A stretch of 64,000 nt of DNA from an uncultured virus (IMG/VR IMGVR_UViG_3300023237_000005) (IMGVR_UViG_3300023237_000005), one strand, 5' to 3'; positions 47,231 through 57,762 are shown, counted from the stretch's first letter. Notes: generated from the sequence alone by a model not told the origin. Program-made: numbers and translations.

Positions 47231-49176
47231 TGGTAGAGGGCACAAAGACAGATGAAAACGGAGATGCTATACTAATCTCATTACAAGAACCTTACAATAA
47301 CGTAGTAGAAGTAATTGGATTTACTGACGAAGTTCTCGGTGAGGATACTTCTTGTTTTTATAACAAAACTTTCAGGTGGGGTACAGACGGTATTTCGTAT
47401 TCTGACTGGGTAGAGTTATCTGACCTTAATTTGCAAGGCATACAATTAAATCCAACTGAACCGTTTTGGATCGAGTATAAGTATGAACAGTTCGGAAATT
47501 GCGATTTAGAATTCGTTTCTATTGCACTTGAGATAGTTACTGATGGCGGAGTAATATGTAAGGTACCACAGATTGACTGTTGTGATAGTGGTGCACAGTC
47601 AGGTGCACAGAACTTGGTCATAGATTGCTGTGGTTCAACTTGGAACCCGTACGACGTATCAAGAGCAGTGCAGACTTATAATCAAATGAGTGCTGTCGTT
47701 TCAGATATGTTTGGTTTTTGTGTTAAGTATTATAAAACAAAGGCAGATCAAAGAGCGGCAGATGTTATCCTAACAGAGTACACTCTATTCGATGTGATCC
47801 AAGCATCTGAAGTAAAGATATTAGTTCCTGATAATGAATTACCTACGAGGGAAATTCAATTTAACCCAATGCAGATGGACTTCCCAGTACAATTTGAGGT
47901 TCATATAGTTAAATCAGCATTTGAAAAAATATTCGGCATTGGTTCGCATCCTGAGATGAGAGATTATCTTTATTTTGAACAGTACATGAATAAGATGTAC
48001 GAGGTAGATGCAATAGCAGAGGCTGACGATTTTTTATATAGTGGTTCATATTGGAGAGTAAGCCTAGTTCCATACCAAAGAAGGACTGCAGTTCAGTTCC
48101 CAGATAAAAATATTGAATTAGAAGTTGACGGACTAATCTCAAGTGTAGAAACTGAGCTAGGTGCTGCTAGGGATATTGAATATGAAGATACTCGAAAGCC
48201 AAATCAGTACAATACTATTGGTACATTAGCTAATGACTATGTAAGACGTATACTTGATAGAAAGCTTTTAATTAGAGAAGAGAATCTATATAACCGCTGG
48301 ACTATCATTTCTAAATATCATTACAACCTTTCGTCTATGAATTTGGGTGAAGAAACTATAGAATATAGATATAAGAAAGGATGGGACTTAGATGAAAGTC
48401 GAGCATTCACTTCTTGGTTTAGACCTAAGTACCTTACACCAGTTGGAAGTAACATTCTTATTACTGGAATAATTGATGCTGGCGGAAAGGCCGTTATTCA
48501 AACTGCTGGGCTTCCAACTGATCCTAGAACACTAATAAGTATTGGTGATTATATTGTAATTTCTAGAACTCAAGACTATAACGGTATACATAAAATTACA
48601 TCTATAGCTGGAAGTGACATTACATTAGCAACAGATTATACGAGTTCAGTTTTATTAGGAACTCCAAAATTCAACAAAGAAGTAGGTAATACTTCATTAG
48701 TATATGATTCTGATTCTGATAGACTATTTAGTATTACGCAAACTCTAAATTGGTTCATTATTCTTATAGATGGTGTTCAGCATAGTTACGATTTATCTGC
48801 TCAGGGGCTTCAGCTCCTTTCAGACGAATGGTACGCTTTTGTTATTAATATTAATAATAAGTCAAGACAGCTTAGCTTATTTATATATAGCCGTGGTGAA
48901 ACATCAGGTACAATCAACCCAGAAAGAACAGCGGAATTATCATTGGCATATTCTAAGACAACTGCAAACATTCAAACCATACTTCCCAATGACGAGAAAT
49001 GGAAGCTTATCGCTTGTCAATCTGATATTACAAACATCAGAATTTGGAATACTCCAATTGAAGTTGAACTTCATGATCTAGTTTTAAGCCAGTATGTTGT
49101 AAGAGATACCCACTTGACTGAGCTTATAGATAACGCCTCTCCAGAATTACTCACTACTGTGATAACTAATACTTAG
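47230..49176 (+). CDS. Neck/head-closure protein (gp14-like) with additional beta domains
   Basis: FGFCVKYY, DVILTEY, FEVHIVKSAFEKIFG..P..RDYLYF...KMYEV; C-terminal LamG-like WYAFVIN...NIRIWN. Confidence 0.55.
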   Translation: MVEGTKTDENGDAILISLQEPYNNVVEVIGFTDEVLGEDTSCFYNKTFRWGTDGISYSDWVELSDLNLQGIQLNPTEPFWIEYKYEQFGNCDLEFVSIALEIVTDGGVICKVPQIDCCDSGAQSGAQNLVIDCCGSTWNPYDVSRAVQTYNQMSAVVSDMFGFCVKYYKTKADQRAADVILTEYTLFDVIQASEVKILVPDNELPTREIQFNPMQMDFPVQFEVHIVKSAFEKIFGIGSHPEMRDYLYFEQYMNKMYEVDAIAEADDFLYSGSYWRVSLVPYQRRTAVQFPDKNIELEVDGLISSVETELGAARDIEYEDTRKPNQYNTIGTLANDYVRRILDRKLLIREENLYNRWTIISKYHYNLSSMNLGEETIEYRYKKGWDLDESRAFTSWFRPKYLTPVGSNILITGIIDAGGKAVIQTAGLPTDPRTLISIGDYIVISRTQDYNGIHKITSIAGSDITLATDYTSSVLLGTPKFNKEVGNTSLVYDSDSDRLFSITQTLNWFIILIDGVQHSYDLSAQGLQLLSDEWYAFVININNKSRQLSLFIYSRGETSGTINPERTAELSLAYSKTTANIQTILPNDEKWKLIACQSDITNIRIWNTPIEVELHDLVLSQYVVRDTHLTELIDNASPELLTTVITNT

Positions 49177-49230
49177 TCACTTTTGAATATAACTTAGTTC
49201 CTAACATAATATATAATACAAAGGATTAGC

Positions 49231-49854
49231 ATGAAGGAAGAAGACAAGGAAGAGGTTCGTTCAAGTTTGGATGATTTGCTAGGATACGATTTACCAGCAG
49301 AAGTCCCAGGTTTAAGTGAAACACCACAGCTATCCAGAGTAAAGGAAGAACATCAAGTTACTCCAGCAGAAGATAAAGCTAAGAAGAAAGCCAAGAAAAT
49401 CATGGACAAGCTTCTTAGGTTCTACTTAAGTGAGGAGATCATAGAAGAACAAGAATACATTCAGGCTAAAGCCGAACTTGATAATCAAGCGTTAGGTGCT
49501 CTCATCAAGCAAATGGATAACAGTGAACGTGCCATCAATAAGCTGATGGATACGATATTTGAAGGTGATGTTGCTCCAAGGATGTTCGAAGTATTAAGTG
49601 ATCTTCAAAGAACCATGTTAGACATAATTAAGAGTCAAACTATGTATATGGTCGCAATTGAAGAAAATGCAAAGAAGATGGCTCGTGAAATCGACATCTA
49701 TCAAAACAATGGCTCAGCGGCTACAGATTCTCAAAAAGCACAGGGTGGTGCTAAGTCACGTGGTACTAAAGATCTCATGAGAGCACTCCAGAATACTATT
49801 GCAGCTGAGGATGCCCAAGATGTTGAAAGCAAAGAAGATGATGGAAATGACTAA
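49231..49854 (+). CDS. Putative terminase small subunit
   Basis: Helical; PRMFEVLSDL and GTKDLM motifs; upstream of the large terminase. Confidence 0.55.
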   Translation: MKEEDKEEVRSSLDDLLGYDLPAEVPGLSETPQLSRVKEEHQVTPAEDKAKKKAKKIMDKLLRFYLSEEIIEEQEYIQAKAELDNQALGALIKQMDNSERAINKLMDTIFEGDVAPRMFEVLSDLQRTMLDIIKSQTMYMVAIEENAKKMAREIDIYQNNGSAATDSQKAQGGAKSRGTKDLMRALQNTIAAEDAQDVESKEDDGND

Positions 49855-50086
49855 TGATTTTGTTCTTCTTAAGGAGTTACCAAAAGAAGAACAAACTAAA
49901 GGTGGTATTATAGTTACTTTAGACAAATGGGGCAGAAGATGTAAAGTAATATCTACACCAAAAGAGTGCCAAGTTAGTATTGGTGATATTGTTCTACGAA
50001 ATGTTGGTAAAGGAACTAGCATTGAATTAGATGGGGTAGAATTTGAAATTTTACACACGAATTGGCTGATAGCTGTATCAGATTGA
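49838..50086 (+). CDS. groES: GroES-like co-chaperonin
   Basis: NDFVLLK...EEQTKGGII, VSIGDIVL, GTSIELDGVEFEIL...LIAV. Confidence 0.8.
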   Translation: MMEMTNDFVLLKELPKEEQTKGGIIVTLDKWGRRCKVISTPKECQVSIGDIVLRNVGKGTSIELDGVEFEILHTNWLIAVSD

Positions 50087-50125
50087 CAAGAATGTATCTC
50101 ATAAGACACTATACACAAAACAACA

Positions 50126-50722
50126 ATGGCTAAACCACAAGCAGAACCGGCAGGATTTGAACTAAAGGTTAGTAAGCAACAAGAATCCAATATTTGGACC
50201 TCCAAAAAGGTAGAGCAGCTTATGATTGCTATTGATGATGGGTACAAGAGTAAGTCTACACCATTTCACGACAGCAATCCAAACTTGCGCAAAGGCAACA
50301 TTGTTTTTGAATATACCCAGATGGAGATTTCAGAAATTAAAAAATGTGCAAAAGACATAATTTATTTTGCTAATAACTATTGTACTGTAATGACCGATAA
50401 CGGTCTTATGACGATAGAACTTCGAGATTACCAAGAGAAGATGCTGAGGCAGTTTGCGGCAGAACGGTTTTCTGTTTGCCTAGCCAGCCGGCAAGTTGGG
50501 AAATGTTTTTTACATTCAACTGAAGTTCTAATTTTAAGAGATGGCACCGCCATTAAAACAACACTTGGTAGACTTTATTTTGAGTCATTAAAACTTCACC
50601 GAAAGCTTACATTTTTAGAAAGAACAAAATATTCTCTGTGGAAGCTGTATGAATGGGAATTAGATTGGAACAAAGATCCAAAACAAACATTAAAAAAATG
50701 TATCAAGTTTTTAAATGATTAA
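50126..50722 (+). CDS. gp17: Terminase large subunit N-part fused to split-intein N-half (50504-50719)
   Basis: KCAKDIIYFANNY, LRDYQ, ASRQVGK|CFLHSTEV. Confidence 0.92.
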   Translation: MAKPQAEPAGFELKVSKQQESNIWTSKKVEQLMIAIDDGYKSKSTPFHDSNPNLRKGNIVFEYTQMEISEIKKCAKDIIYFANNYCTVMTDNGLMTIELRDYQEKMLRQFAAERFSVCLASRQVGKCFLHSTEVLILRDGTAIKTTLGRLYFESLKLHRKLTFLERTKYSLWKLYEWELDWNKDPKQTLKKCIKFLND

Positions 50723-52592
50723 AACTCTCAAACATATCATTCTTCTATTAATAAGTTTCATTGAAGTTATAGAGTATCGTAATATAGATCTTGACCAAGA
50801 TGACGTCTCAAAGAAAATACTAAACTCTATTGAATTAAACAATATTAATGTTTGGACTGATACTGGATGGGAGCCATTATCACATGTACATATTACTCAG
50901 CCATATACAATATGGAAGATAGATACAGATGATGGTTTATCCTTAGAGTGTGCTGATAAGCATAAGGTCTTTGACATAAATTTCAATATTGTTTTTGTAG
51001 AAGATTTAAAACTTGGAGATTTAATACAGACTATCAACGGATTAAGTAGAATATCAAACATTGAAACCTCATTGCATAAAGTAAGTATGTTTGATGTTAC
51101 GGTTGATCATGATAATCATCGCTTTTATTCTAATGGTATATTATCATCGAACACGATTTGTTCCTCGATCTTTATAGCGTGGTACATATTATTTAACTTT
51201 GATAAGAATGCACTAATCTTATCGAACAAAGGTGCAACTACCACAGAAATATTAGATAAGGGTAAAACTATACTTGAGAATCTACCGTTCTTTATGAAGC
51301 CTGGAGTTCTAAAATACGATGTATTTAATTCAAAGTTTGACAATGGCTGCAGAATTATCGGTCAGACAACCACTAAAAAGGCAGCGATTGGATTTACGAT
51401 TCACTTATTATTCATGGATGAGTTTGCTCATATTCCACATCAATTTATTGACGTCTTCTATGAAAACGTTTATCCCACGGTATCAGCATCCAAGAATTCA
51501 AAAGTAATTATAACGAGTACTCCATGGGGGTTCAATAAGTTTTATGAAATATACACCGCAGCCGAGAAAGGCCTAAGTGAATATAAACCATTTAGAATAG
51601 ACTGGTGGGATGTTCCTGGTAGAGATGATGAATGGATGGAGGCTGAAATTCAAAATCTTGGAAGTGAAGAAGCTTTCAACAGACAGTATGGAAATCAGTT
51701 CATCTCAAGCTCATCATTATTATTAAGCCCAGATAGCTTAAAGCGATTACAACAGAACCAAATAGAATATGTACATAGAGACATCCCAGAACTTGATGAT
51801 GAATCTCTAATATACTCAGATTTAAAATGGCATCCTAATTTCAGTATTGAAGATGAAGCCGGAGAAGATAGTAAGTACTGGCTATTTTCTATTGATATTG
51901 CCGAGGGTAATGGTGGAGATTACTCTGTCATTAATATCTTCCAAGTAAATAGCATGGCACTAAAGGACTTGAAGAAAGTAATTTCTCCAGGTAGTATGGT
52001 AGACTTCTTTGGGCTTTATCAAGTTGGAAGATTCAGAAGCAATGAACATAGTATAGACGACTTTGCAAAGGTTTTATATGTATTAATATGCGATGTATTT
52101 AACCAGGAGAATGTAAAACTCTTAATTGAGTGGAATGTATTTGGATCTGAATTAATGAAAAGACTTGAAACGGTTTTCCCACAGCGTAATGACTTTGATG
52201 AGGAATCTGTAACAAAATTCAAACATCGTATTGATGCTAGGACCTCATCTTATGGCCTTAAAGTTAAAAGTGATAATAAGCCAATCTTCTGTCAAAATTT
52301 TAAGAAAGGTGTAGCACAAAATAGAATTATACTTAATGACAAAGATACTGTAAAAGAATCATCTACCTTTGGGAAGATGGCAAATGGCAGATATTCTGGA
52401 CAAAACGGAAATGATGATTTAGTTATGACTGCAGTTAATGCTTCTGAATTCTTAAATACTGTGGATTTCACAGAGTATGTCGAAGAGCTTTATGACTTTA
52501 TCGATGAAGCAGTCCAGGCAGAAATAGAAAATATCTTAGAGCGGGACTTAAGAGATGAAAATCTTAATTATGATATTTATGATTTAGTTTAG
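50715..52592 (+). CDS. gp17: Split-intein C-half (146 aa, 50715-51152) fused to terminase large subunit C-part
   Basis: ...ADKH...MFDVTV...GILSSN|TICSS, MDEFAHI, TSTP, WWDVPGRD, IDIAEG.GGDYS, NDDLVM. Confidence 0.92.
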   Translation: MIKTLKHIILLLISFIEVIEYRNIDLDQDDVSKKILNSIELNNINVWTDTGWEPLSHVHITQPYTIWKIDTDDGLSLECADKHKVFDINFNIVFVEDLKLGDLIQTINGLSRISNIETSLHKVSMFDVTVDHDNHRFYSNGILSSNTICSSIFIAWYILFNFDKNALILSNKGATTTEILDKGKTILENLPFFMKPGVLKYDVFNSKFDNGCRIIGQTTTKKAAIGFTIHLLFMDEFAHIPHQFIDVFYENVYPTVSASKNSKVIITSTPWGFNKFYEIYTAAEKGLSEYKPFRIDWWDVPGRDDEWMEAEIQNLGSEEAFNRQYGNQFISSSSLLLSPDSLKRLQQNQIEYVHRDIPELDDESLIYSDLKWHPNFSIEDEAGEDSKYWLFSIDIAEGNGGDYSVINIFQVNSMALKDLKKVISPGSMVDFFGLYQVGRFRSNEHSIDDFAKVLYVLICDVFNQENVKLLIEWNVFGSELMKRLETVFPQRNDFDEESVTKFKHRIDARTSSYGLKVKSDNKPIFCQNFKKGVAQNRIILNDKDTVKESSTFGKMANGRYSGQNGNDDLVMTAVNASEFLNTVDFTEYVEELYDFIDEAVQAEIENILERDLRDENLNYDIYDLV

Positions 52593-52636
52593 TTGTATGA
52601 TGGTAGAGATATATAAATCAAATAAACAAAAAACAA

Positions 52637-53020
52637 ATTAACATTAAGTATATTGACTCATTTAAAGTATTCGAAAATAAATCATACAAAGCTATTAATG
52701 AAACACTAAGCTTTACCATGGCTGACGCTGCAGAAGAACATGGTGGTGTCGATATGGTAAAACTAAATAAAACATATGCTAAGTATTTCAAGCATATTGG
52801 AGCTAAAGACGCAAGCCAAGTATATCTGCTTAGCATTGATGATTGGTATGTAGAGGAAGATGAATGGAATGAAAAAGAGCCAGCTTCTAAATTGAATGAT
52901 AAACAAATGTATTTTGGAACAATACAATTAGGTGATATTCATGGTATACCTGCATTTAACATTAGCAACGAAGCTGATGAGTATTTCTTCGTAGGACCTA
53001 AAGGCGCGAAGGAATTTTAA
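52637..53020 (+). CDS. Hypothetical protein; frame open upstream of ATG 52718 with a capsid-targeting-like motif
   Basis: In-frame INIKYIDSFKVFEN...INE before the first ATG. Confidence 0.5.
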   Translation: MNIKYIDSFKVFENKSYKAINETLSFTMADAAEEHGGVDMVKLNKTYAKYFKHIGAKDASQVYLLSIDDWYVEEDEWNEKEPASKLNDKQMYFGTIQLGDIHGIPAFNISNEADEYFFVGPKGAKEF

Positions 53021-53057
53021 TAGCATACTATTCTAAACATTCGTATCGTTATAATCT

Positions 53058-53090
53058 TTGGGCTGGATCATATTATATGATCCAGCCCAA
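53058..53090. other. 15-bp perfect hairpin with no U-tract
   Basis: TTGGGCTGGATCATA-TTA-TATGATCCAGCCCAA. Confidence 0.75.
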
Positions 53091-53156
53091 GAAGTATAAT
53101 TAGTTGTATGATGGTAGATATATAAATCAAATACACAAGCAAAATAATATTATATA

Positions 53157-56100
53157 ATGGCAATAGATCCAAAAATCGCCTCTATTAAAACATCTGGTAG
53201 CTATAGATTTGAATTCGATAAGAGCCAGGTAGTAGGCATCCCATCAAATCAAATTAGACTTATAGTAGGATTCTCAAGAACAGGACCATTCAACACTCCG
53301 GTGTTTTGTCCTGATACTGGATTCTTCAAGCAAGTTTTCGGTGATATAGACCGTACATTAGAAAGAAAAGATTCTTACTTCCATAGAAGCTGTCTATCAG
53401 CTTTGGAAAGAGGACCAATTCTAGCACTTAACTTGTTATCATTAGACTCTCAGGATGAAGTACAATACCGTAAGTTCTCTGCAAGTTCAATGACATATAA
53501 TGAGGATAATAACGTAGCTAAAGACGGAGAGTACGCAGGGTTCTACAACAAAGATAAATTCTGGTACCCAGAAGATGAAAGCTTCTTATCATTAGTAGGA
53601 GCACCAGATACATTTAGTTCATCGCAATCAATCACAAACGATTTAGTTGACTTTACTAATCTTGGTCAAAATCCTGTTTCTGTTATTATTAGAAAAGCAG
53701 CCGCAGCGAACGTCAATGGATTTAATGTTACAGCCGAAGAATGGTTTGGACCTGCAAATGTTCCTGGCTATCTAAATAAAGATAGTTTAATGTCTGACTT
53801 TATGGTAGACGTATTCTTTATTGATGGGAACTACGGAGGAGACTTCGGAGCTGTTAATCCTTATGAAAGATTCAACGCTGATCCAACTTATCAAAAATAC
53901 TTTGACAAGTCAAGAGGTATTGAAAGAAAAAGAACTTCAGCAGATGTTGGAGATACTTACCTAGAACAGTTCTTCAACGAACCTGAGGTAAATGTTATCT
54001 CACAATACACTGTTTCACTTCTACCTAACTTTATTGATCAATTAGGAAATAACCTGTTTATCGAAACTCTTATTAACGCTGACACAGCCTCAACTGGTAT
54101 GTTCTGCGCTGTAAACCAAGATCTATTTGATGGTGACAAAATCATTGATGGTGTTATGGGAGGTATTGATTTAATTGGACATGATATTGAAAAGCAAGGA
54201 CACGATACTGTAAACTTCCTTTCATATGAAGGACCTATTACTTCTGATTTGGCAGACTGCAGAAAATTCATTTCTGCCAATCAAGAAGTAATAGCTACAC
54301 AGGCACCAGTCACTATACAGTTAACATCTGGTGATTTTGAAATTGCATACAGTGGAACTACAGGAGATCCACTATATGACGCTTTAGCTGCAATGACCGC
54401 AAATACTCCAACGAATGTTGGAAGTTTCATTCTTGGTTCAATTGGAGCAAATTACATACCAGTAACTGGTGTGAATGTAACTGCAGGTTCTGTTTCAATA
54501 ACAGTTTCTGGATTTGGCATTACATCATTAAACCTAGCATGGGTATCTACAGATGATTTCTATTGGGTTGATCCTTTAGACCTTGACCAAGTGGTTCAAG
54601 AGAATATTCTTGGTTCAGATAATAGTTCAAACATTATCGGTGGACCAGCAAGTACATTATATAGCAGATTCACGTCAGGGATTTATACTGATGGTGACAT
54701 TGCAGTTTATGAAAACTTAACGAATCCTGATGAGTACGTATCATCTCTTATATTTGATGCAACAACATACGGATATATTCATACTGGCTTTGCTGCATTT
54801 GTACCAATCTCTGACCCTGCATATAACCTACCAGCAGTAAGAGTAACACCTTATACTGATGATACTTATACAACGCCGGTAGCTAATACAAGCAAGTTCA
54901 GTCTCTATAACACTAATAGTAGTACTGGAGAATTTGGTGTATTCTTAACCACTACAGGAGCTAATGCAGATCCACTGTGTTTAAATACACAAACACTAAC
55001 TGGTGCTAACAACGTAACATTCGATATTATCGCTGATTCTACAACTGCTGGCTCTGGACTGTTTCCTAACCAAGTAATTATAGATGTTACAGATCTTAAC
55101 ATCGGAGCTGTTACTGTTGGCAATTACTTAGTACATAATGAAGGAGCTATAACTGGACATTCACGATTAACTCGTATTAATGAGGTTCAGGGTGGGCAAA
55201 CATTCTCTACTAACGCTACGATCCCATTGGGTGTCACTGCGGTTCTTGTAACTTGTCAATCATCAATTTCAGTAGATACGGTTGGAATTCTTCCAAATCC
55301 AATTGTCAAAAAGGTAGAATTATATTACCCAATTGATGAATGGATAGATTATTTGAATATCTTTACATTCGAAGGATTTAATTTAGATCCAACGAAACAT
55401 GTTCCAAATGGTACTAACGAAAGACAAAATGATATTCTTAACGGTACATTAGGTGGAACGAATCTGTCTAAAGCACTTACAGATAGAGAGGTTATTAACT
55501 TCAGATATATCGTTGATACTTTTGGAAACGGAATTGAGTCTGGATCAAAATCAATTTATACCCAATTATGTCAAAATAGAAAGAACGCATTCGCAATTAT
55601 AAATGCGCCTTCTGCAAAAGACTTTAAGGATAATAACAATCCAAAGTTCAGAGATCTAACTGGAGCACTATCAACAAGATTTATTTCTACTGGTGGTGAT
55701 TTATCACTCAATCCTACAATACGATATTCACTTCCTTCAATGACAGAAGGAGCGAGTTGGGGAGCATTTTACTTCCCATATATTTCTGTAAGAGATCTTG
55801 GACGAAATATAAACGTACCACCAGCTGCATACGTTTCTAATAACTTTATTGCAAAATATGAAAATGCATTACCGTGGTCATTGGTAGCTGGAGTTAGAAG
55901 AGGGGTTGTTGGAGGAACTGGAGTTGTTGGACTTGAAATTAATCTTGACAAAGAAGACAGAGGATATTTAGAACCATTCGGAATTAATCCTATTGTATTC
56001 CAAGCAGGAACAGGTCCGACTATCTTTGCAAATAAAACTGCACAACAAAGTCCAAAATCTGCATTGAGTTCAATTAACGTAAGAGAAGTTGTAATTTACA

Positions 56101-56393
56101 TACAAGATGGAATTGAGGCAATCCTTAAAAACTATCTGTTTGAATTTAACACAGCTCAGACAAGACTTGAGATTAAAACATTAGCGGATAATTTCCTAAC
56201 CACTGTACAAGATGACGATGGAATTTATTACTTCAGAAACATCATGGATGAAAGTAATAACCCATCAGTTATTATCGATCAGAACATCGGTATCTTAGAC
56301 AGCTATATTGAACCAGTGAGAGGCATGGAAATACTTGTACAGCGGACCACAATCCTTAAGACCGGTGCAATTAGTACAGGAAACTTTCAATAA
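53157..56393 (+). CDS. gp18: Tail sheath protein with large insertion domains
   Basis: GFSRTGPFNTP, VPPAAYVS, PWSLVAGVRRG, GINPI, ANKT, LSSINVRE, FEFN, IEPVRGME. Confidence 0.92.
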   Translation: MAIDPKIASIKTSGSYRFEFDKSQVVGIPSNQIRLIVGFSRTGPFNTPVFCPDTGFFKQVFGDIDRTLERKDSYFHRSCLSALERGPILALNLLSLDSQDEVQYRKFSASSMTYNEDNNVAKDGEYAGFYNKDKFWYPEDESFLSLVGAPDTFSSSQSITNDLVDFTNLGQNPVSVIIRKAAAANVNGFNVTAEEWFGPANVPGYLNKDSLMSDFMVDVFFIDGNYGGDFGAVNPYERFNADPTYQKYFDKSRGIERKRTSADVGDTYLEQFFNEPEVNVISQYTVSLLPNFIDQLGNNLFIETLINADTASTGMFCAVNQDLFDGDKIIDGVMGGIDLIGHDIEKQGHDTVNFLSYEGPITSDLADCRKFISANQEVIATQAPVTIQLTSGDFEIAYSGTTGDPLYDALAAMTANTPTNVGSFILGSIGANYIPVTGVNVTAGSVSITVSGFGITSLNLAWVSTDDFYWVDPLDLDQVVQENILGSDNSSNIIGGPASTLYSRFTSGIYTDGDIAVYENLTNPDEYVSSLIFDATTYGYIHTGFAAFVPISDPAYNLPAVRVTPYTDDTYTTPVANTSKFSLYNTNSSTGEFGVFLTTTGANADPLCLNTQTLTGANNVTFDIIADSTTAGSGLFPNQVIIDVTDLNIGAVTVGNYLVHNEGAITGHSRLTRINEVQGGQTFSTNATIPLGVTAVLVTCQSSISVDTVGILPNPIVKKVELYYPIDEWIDYLNIFTFEGFNLDPTKHVPNGTNERQNDILNGTLGGTNLSKALTDREVINFRYIVDTFGNGIESGSKSIYTQLCQNRKNAFAIINAPSAKDFKDNNNPKFRDLTGALSTRFISTGGDLSLNPTIRYSLPSMTEGASWGAFYFPYISVRDLGRNINVPPAAYVSNNFIAKYENALPWSLVAGVRRGVVGGTGVVGLEINLDKEDRGYLEPFGINPIVFQAGTGPTIFANKTAQQSPKSALSSINVREVVIYIQDGIEAILKNYLFEFNTAQTRLEIKTLADNFLTTVQDDDGIYYFRNIMDESNNPSVIIDQNIGILDSYIEPVRGMEILVQRTTILKTGAISTGNFQ

Positions 56394-56401
56394 ACTAAAC
56401 G

Positions 56402-57049
56402 ATGATGAACATTAACACATACGCTGAGTTTGTAAACGAATCTAGCAAACACATGAAACATTTTAAAACATTCACCGCATTTGTCAACGAGTCATTAAAT
56501 GAAGGTAAGTATATTACGACAAAAGAGATTTTGAAAATTTCTAAAAAGGCAGCCGATATGGTTCCTGATGCTAAATATGATTTAGAGGATTTAGCTGTTG
56601 CGTATGGCGATAAAATTCCATTGACTCGTGTTAAAGATATTTTAGATAATTACGATATGTCAGATCTACTAGAATCAGTTAATGAAGGTAAAGAATCTGA
56701 TTTAAAAAAAGAACCTATAACGGATGAACTTTCATTGGAAAGTTCATCCGATGCTTGGTATTACGCGCAGGTATCCGGACCTCCTGAAAAGGCAGATTAT
56801 ATAGGCTTCATATCTAGTATGGCTAGCTTACCTGAAAGATTAAAGATGGGTTTGGGTTTATGTTATGATGGGGCAATACCCCGGGATCGGTTATCGGGGT
56901 TTTTGTCTACTTTGAGTGATATGAGTGGAAAGCACCCATCAAAACCCGGCCGTAGTCTACGGTTAACAACAAAGACTATTCACGGTATGCTAAAGGCTCA
57001 TGATAATGCAGAAGATGCATATGAAGAGTTTGCAGAAGTATACAAATGA
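56402..57049 (+). CDS. Hypothetical protein with tandem capsid-targeting-like motifs
   Basis: MNINTYAEFVNES then MKHFKTFTAFVNES. Confidence 0.55.
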   Translation: MMNINTYAEFVNESSKHMKHFKTFTAFVNESLNEGKYITTKEILKISKKAADMVPDAKYDLEDLAVAYGDKIPLTRVKDILDNYDMSDLLESVNEGKESDLKKEPITDELSLESSSDAWYYAQVSGPPEKADYIGFISSMASLPERLKMGLGLCYDGAIPRDRLSGFLSTLSDMSGKHPSKPGRSLRLTTKTIHGMLKAHDNAEDAYEEFAEVYK

Positions 57050-57158
57050 ACGGATTAATGGTGCTTTTGCACTGTTAAACCACTCATGAAGGAACTAACA
57101 TTTAAAAGATAAATATCTAGTTTGCACAAGCTTGATATATAAAAAAATAAGATAAGAC

Positions 57159-57722
57159 ATGGCTTTACCGCATTATACACAGAGTCGTACCAGTAATAAT
57201 AAGAGCGAACCAATTTACCAAAGTTTATTTGAGGTAACTTTGTTCACTCCAAATGGTGACGATACACAACTTACACTTGAGCACATCAAGTCAATAGGTG
57301 GACTTAACAACTTTAATCCATCTGTAGATGCAGTTGGCCAGAAGTACAAATTCGCAGATAGGTCCTTTGCAGGTATGCCAACGCAAACATTTGTAGATCT
57401 TACGATTAATTACACTCTTAACCTCAACGATGCAAATGAAAACTTCATTTACAATTCAATGAGGAATTGGTATAAGTTAATCTATAATCCTTCAACGGGT
57501 GAGATGGGACTTAAGAAAGATTATGTAGGAAGTGGTATTATTGTTATGTACAACAGAGCAGGAAGTATCTTTAGAAAGATTACAATTAAAGATATCTTTC
57601 CAACTGGGCAACCTGATTTCATAGATGAACTTAGTTATGAGACTAACGATCCAGCAGAATTAACAATGACATTCCGTTGTGATAATTTTGTAGATGAAAA
57701 TGTAGGAGACGGACAAATTTAA
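57159..57722 (+). CDS. gp19: Tail tube protein
   Basis: EPIYQSLFEV, RSFAG, WYKLIYNP.TG, KKDY, IFPT, LSYE, F.CD; follows the sheath gene. Confidence 0.85.
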   Translation: MALPHYTQSRTSNNKSEPIYQSLFEVTLFTPNGDDTQLTLEHIKSIGGLNNFNPSVDAVGQKYKFADRSFAGMPTQTFVDLTINYTLNLNDANENFIYNSMRNWYKLIYNPSTGEMGLKKDYVGSGIIVMYNRAGSIFRKITIKDIFPTGQPDFIDELSYETNDPAELTMTFRCDNFVDENVGDGQI

Positions 57723-57740
57723 AACTTAATATTTTTAGAT

Positions 57741-57762
57741 GAAGGTACTTCGGTACCTTTTT
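57741..57762 (+). terminator. Rho-independent terminator with C(UUCG)G tetraloop
   Basis: AAGGTAC-TTCG-GTACCTT plus T run. Confidence 0.85.

Larger units (their letters stand above)
52589..53133 (+). repeat. Duplicated late-promoter segment (52589-52624 and 53100-53133)
   Basis: TTAGTTGTATGATGGTAGA(GA)TATATAAATCAAATA twice, flanking one ORF. Confidence 0.85.
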
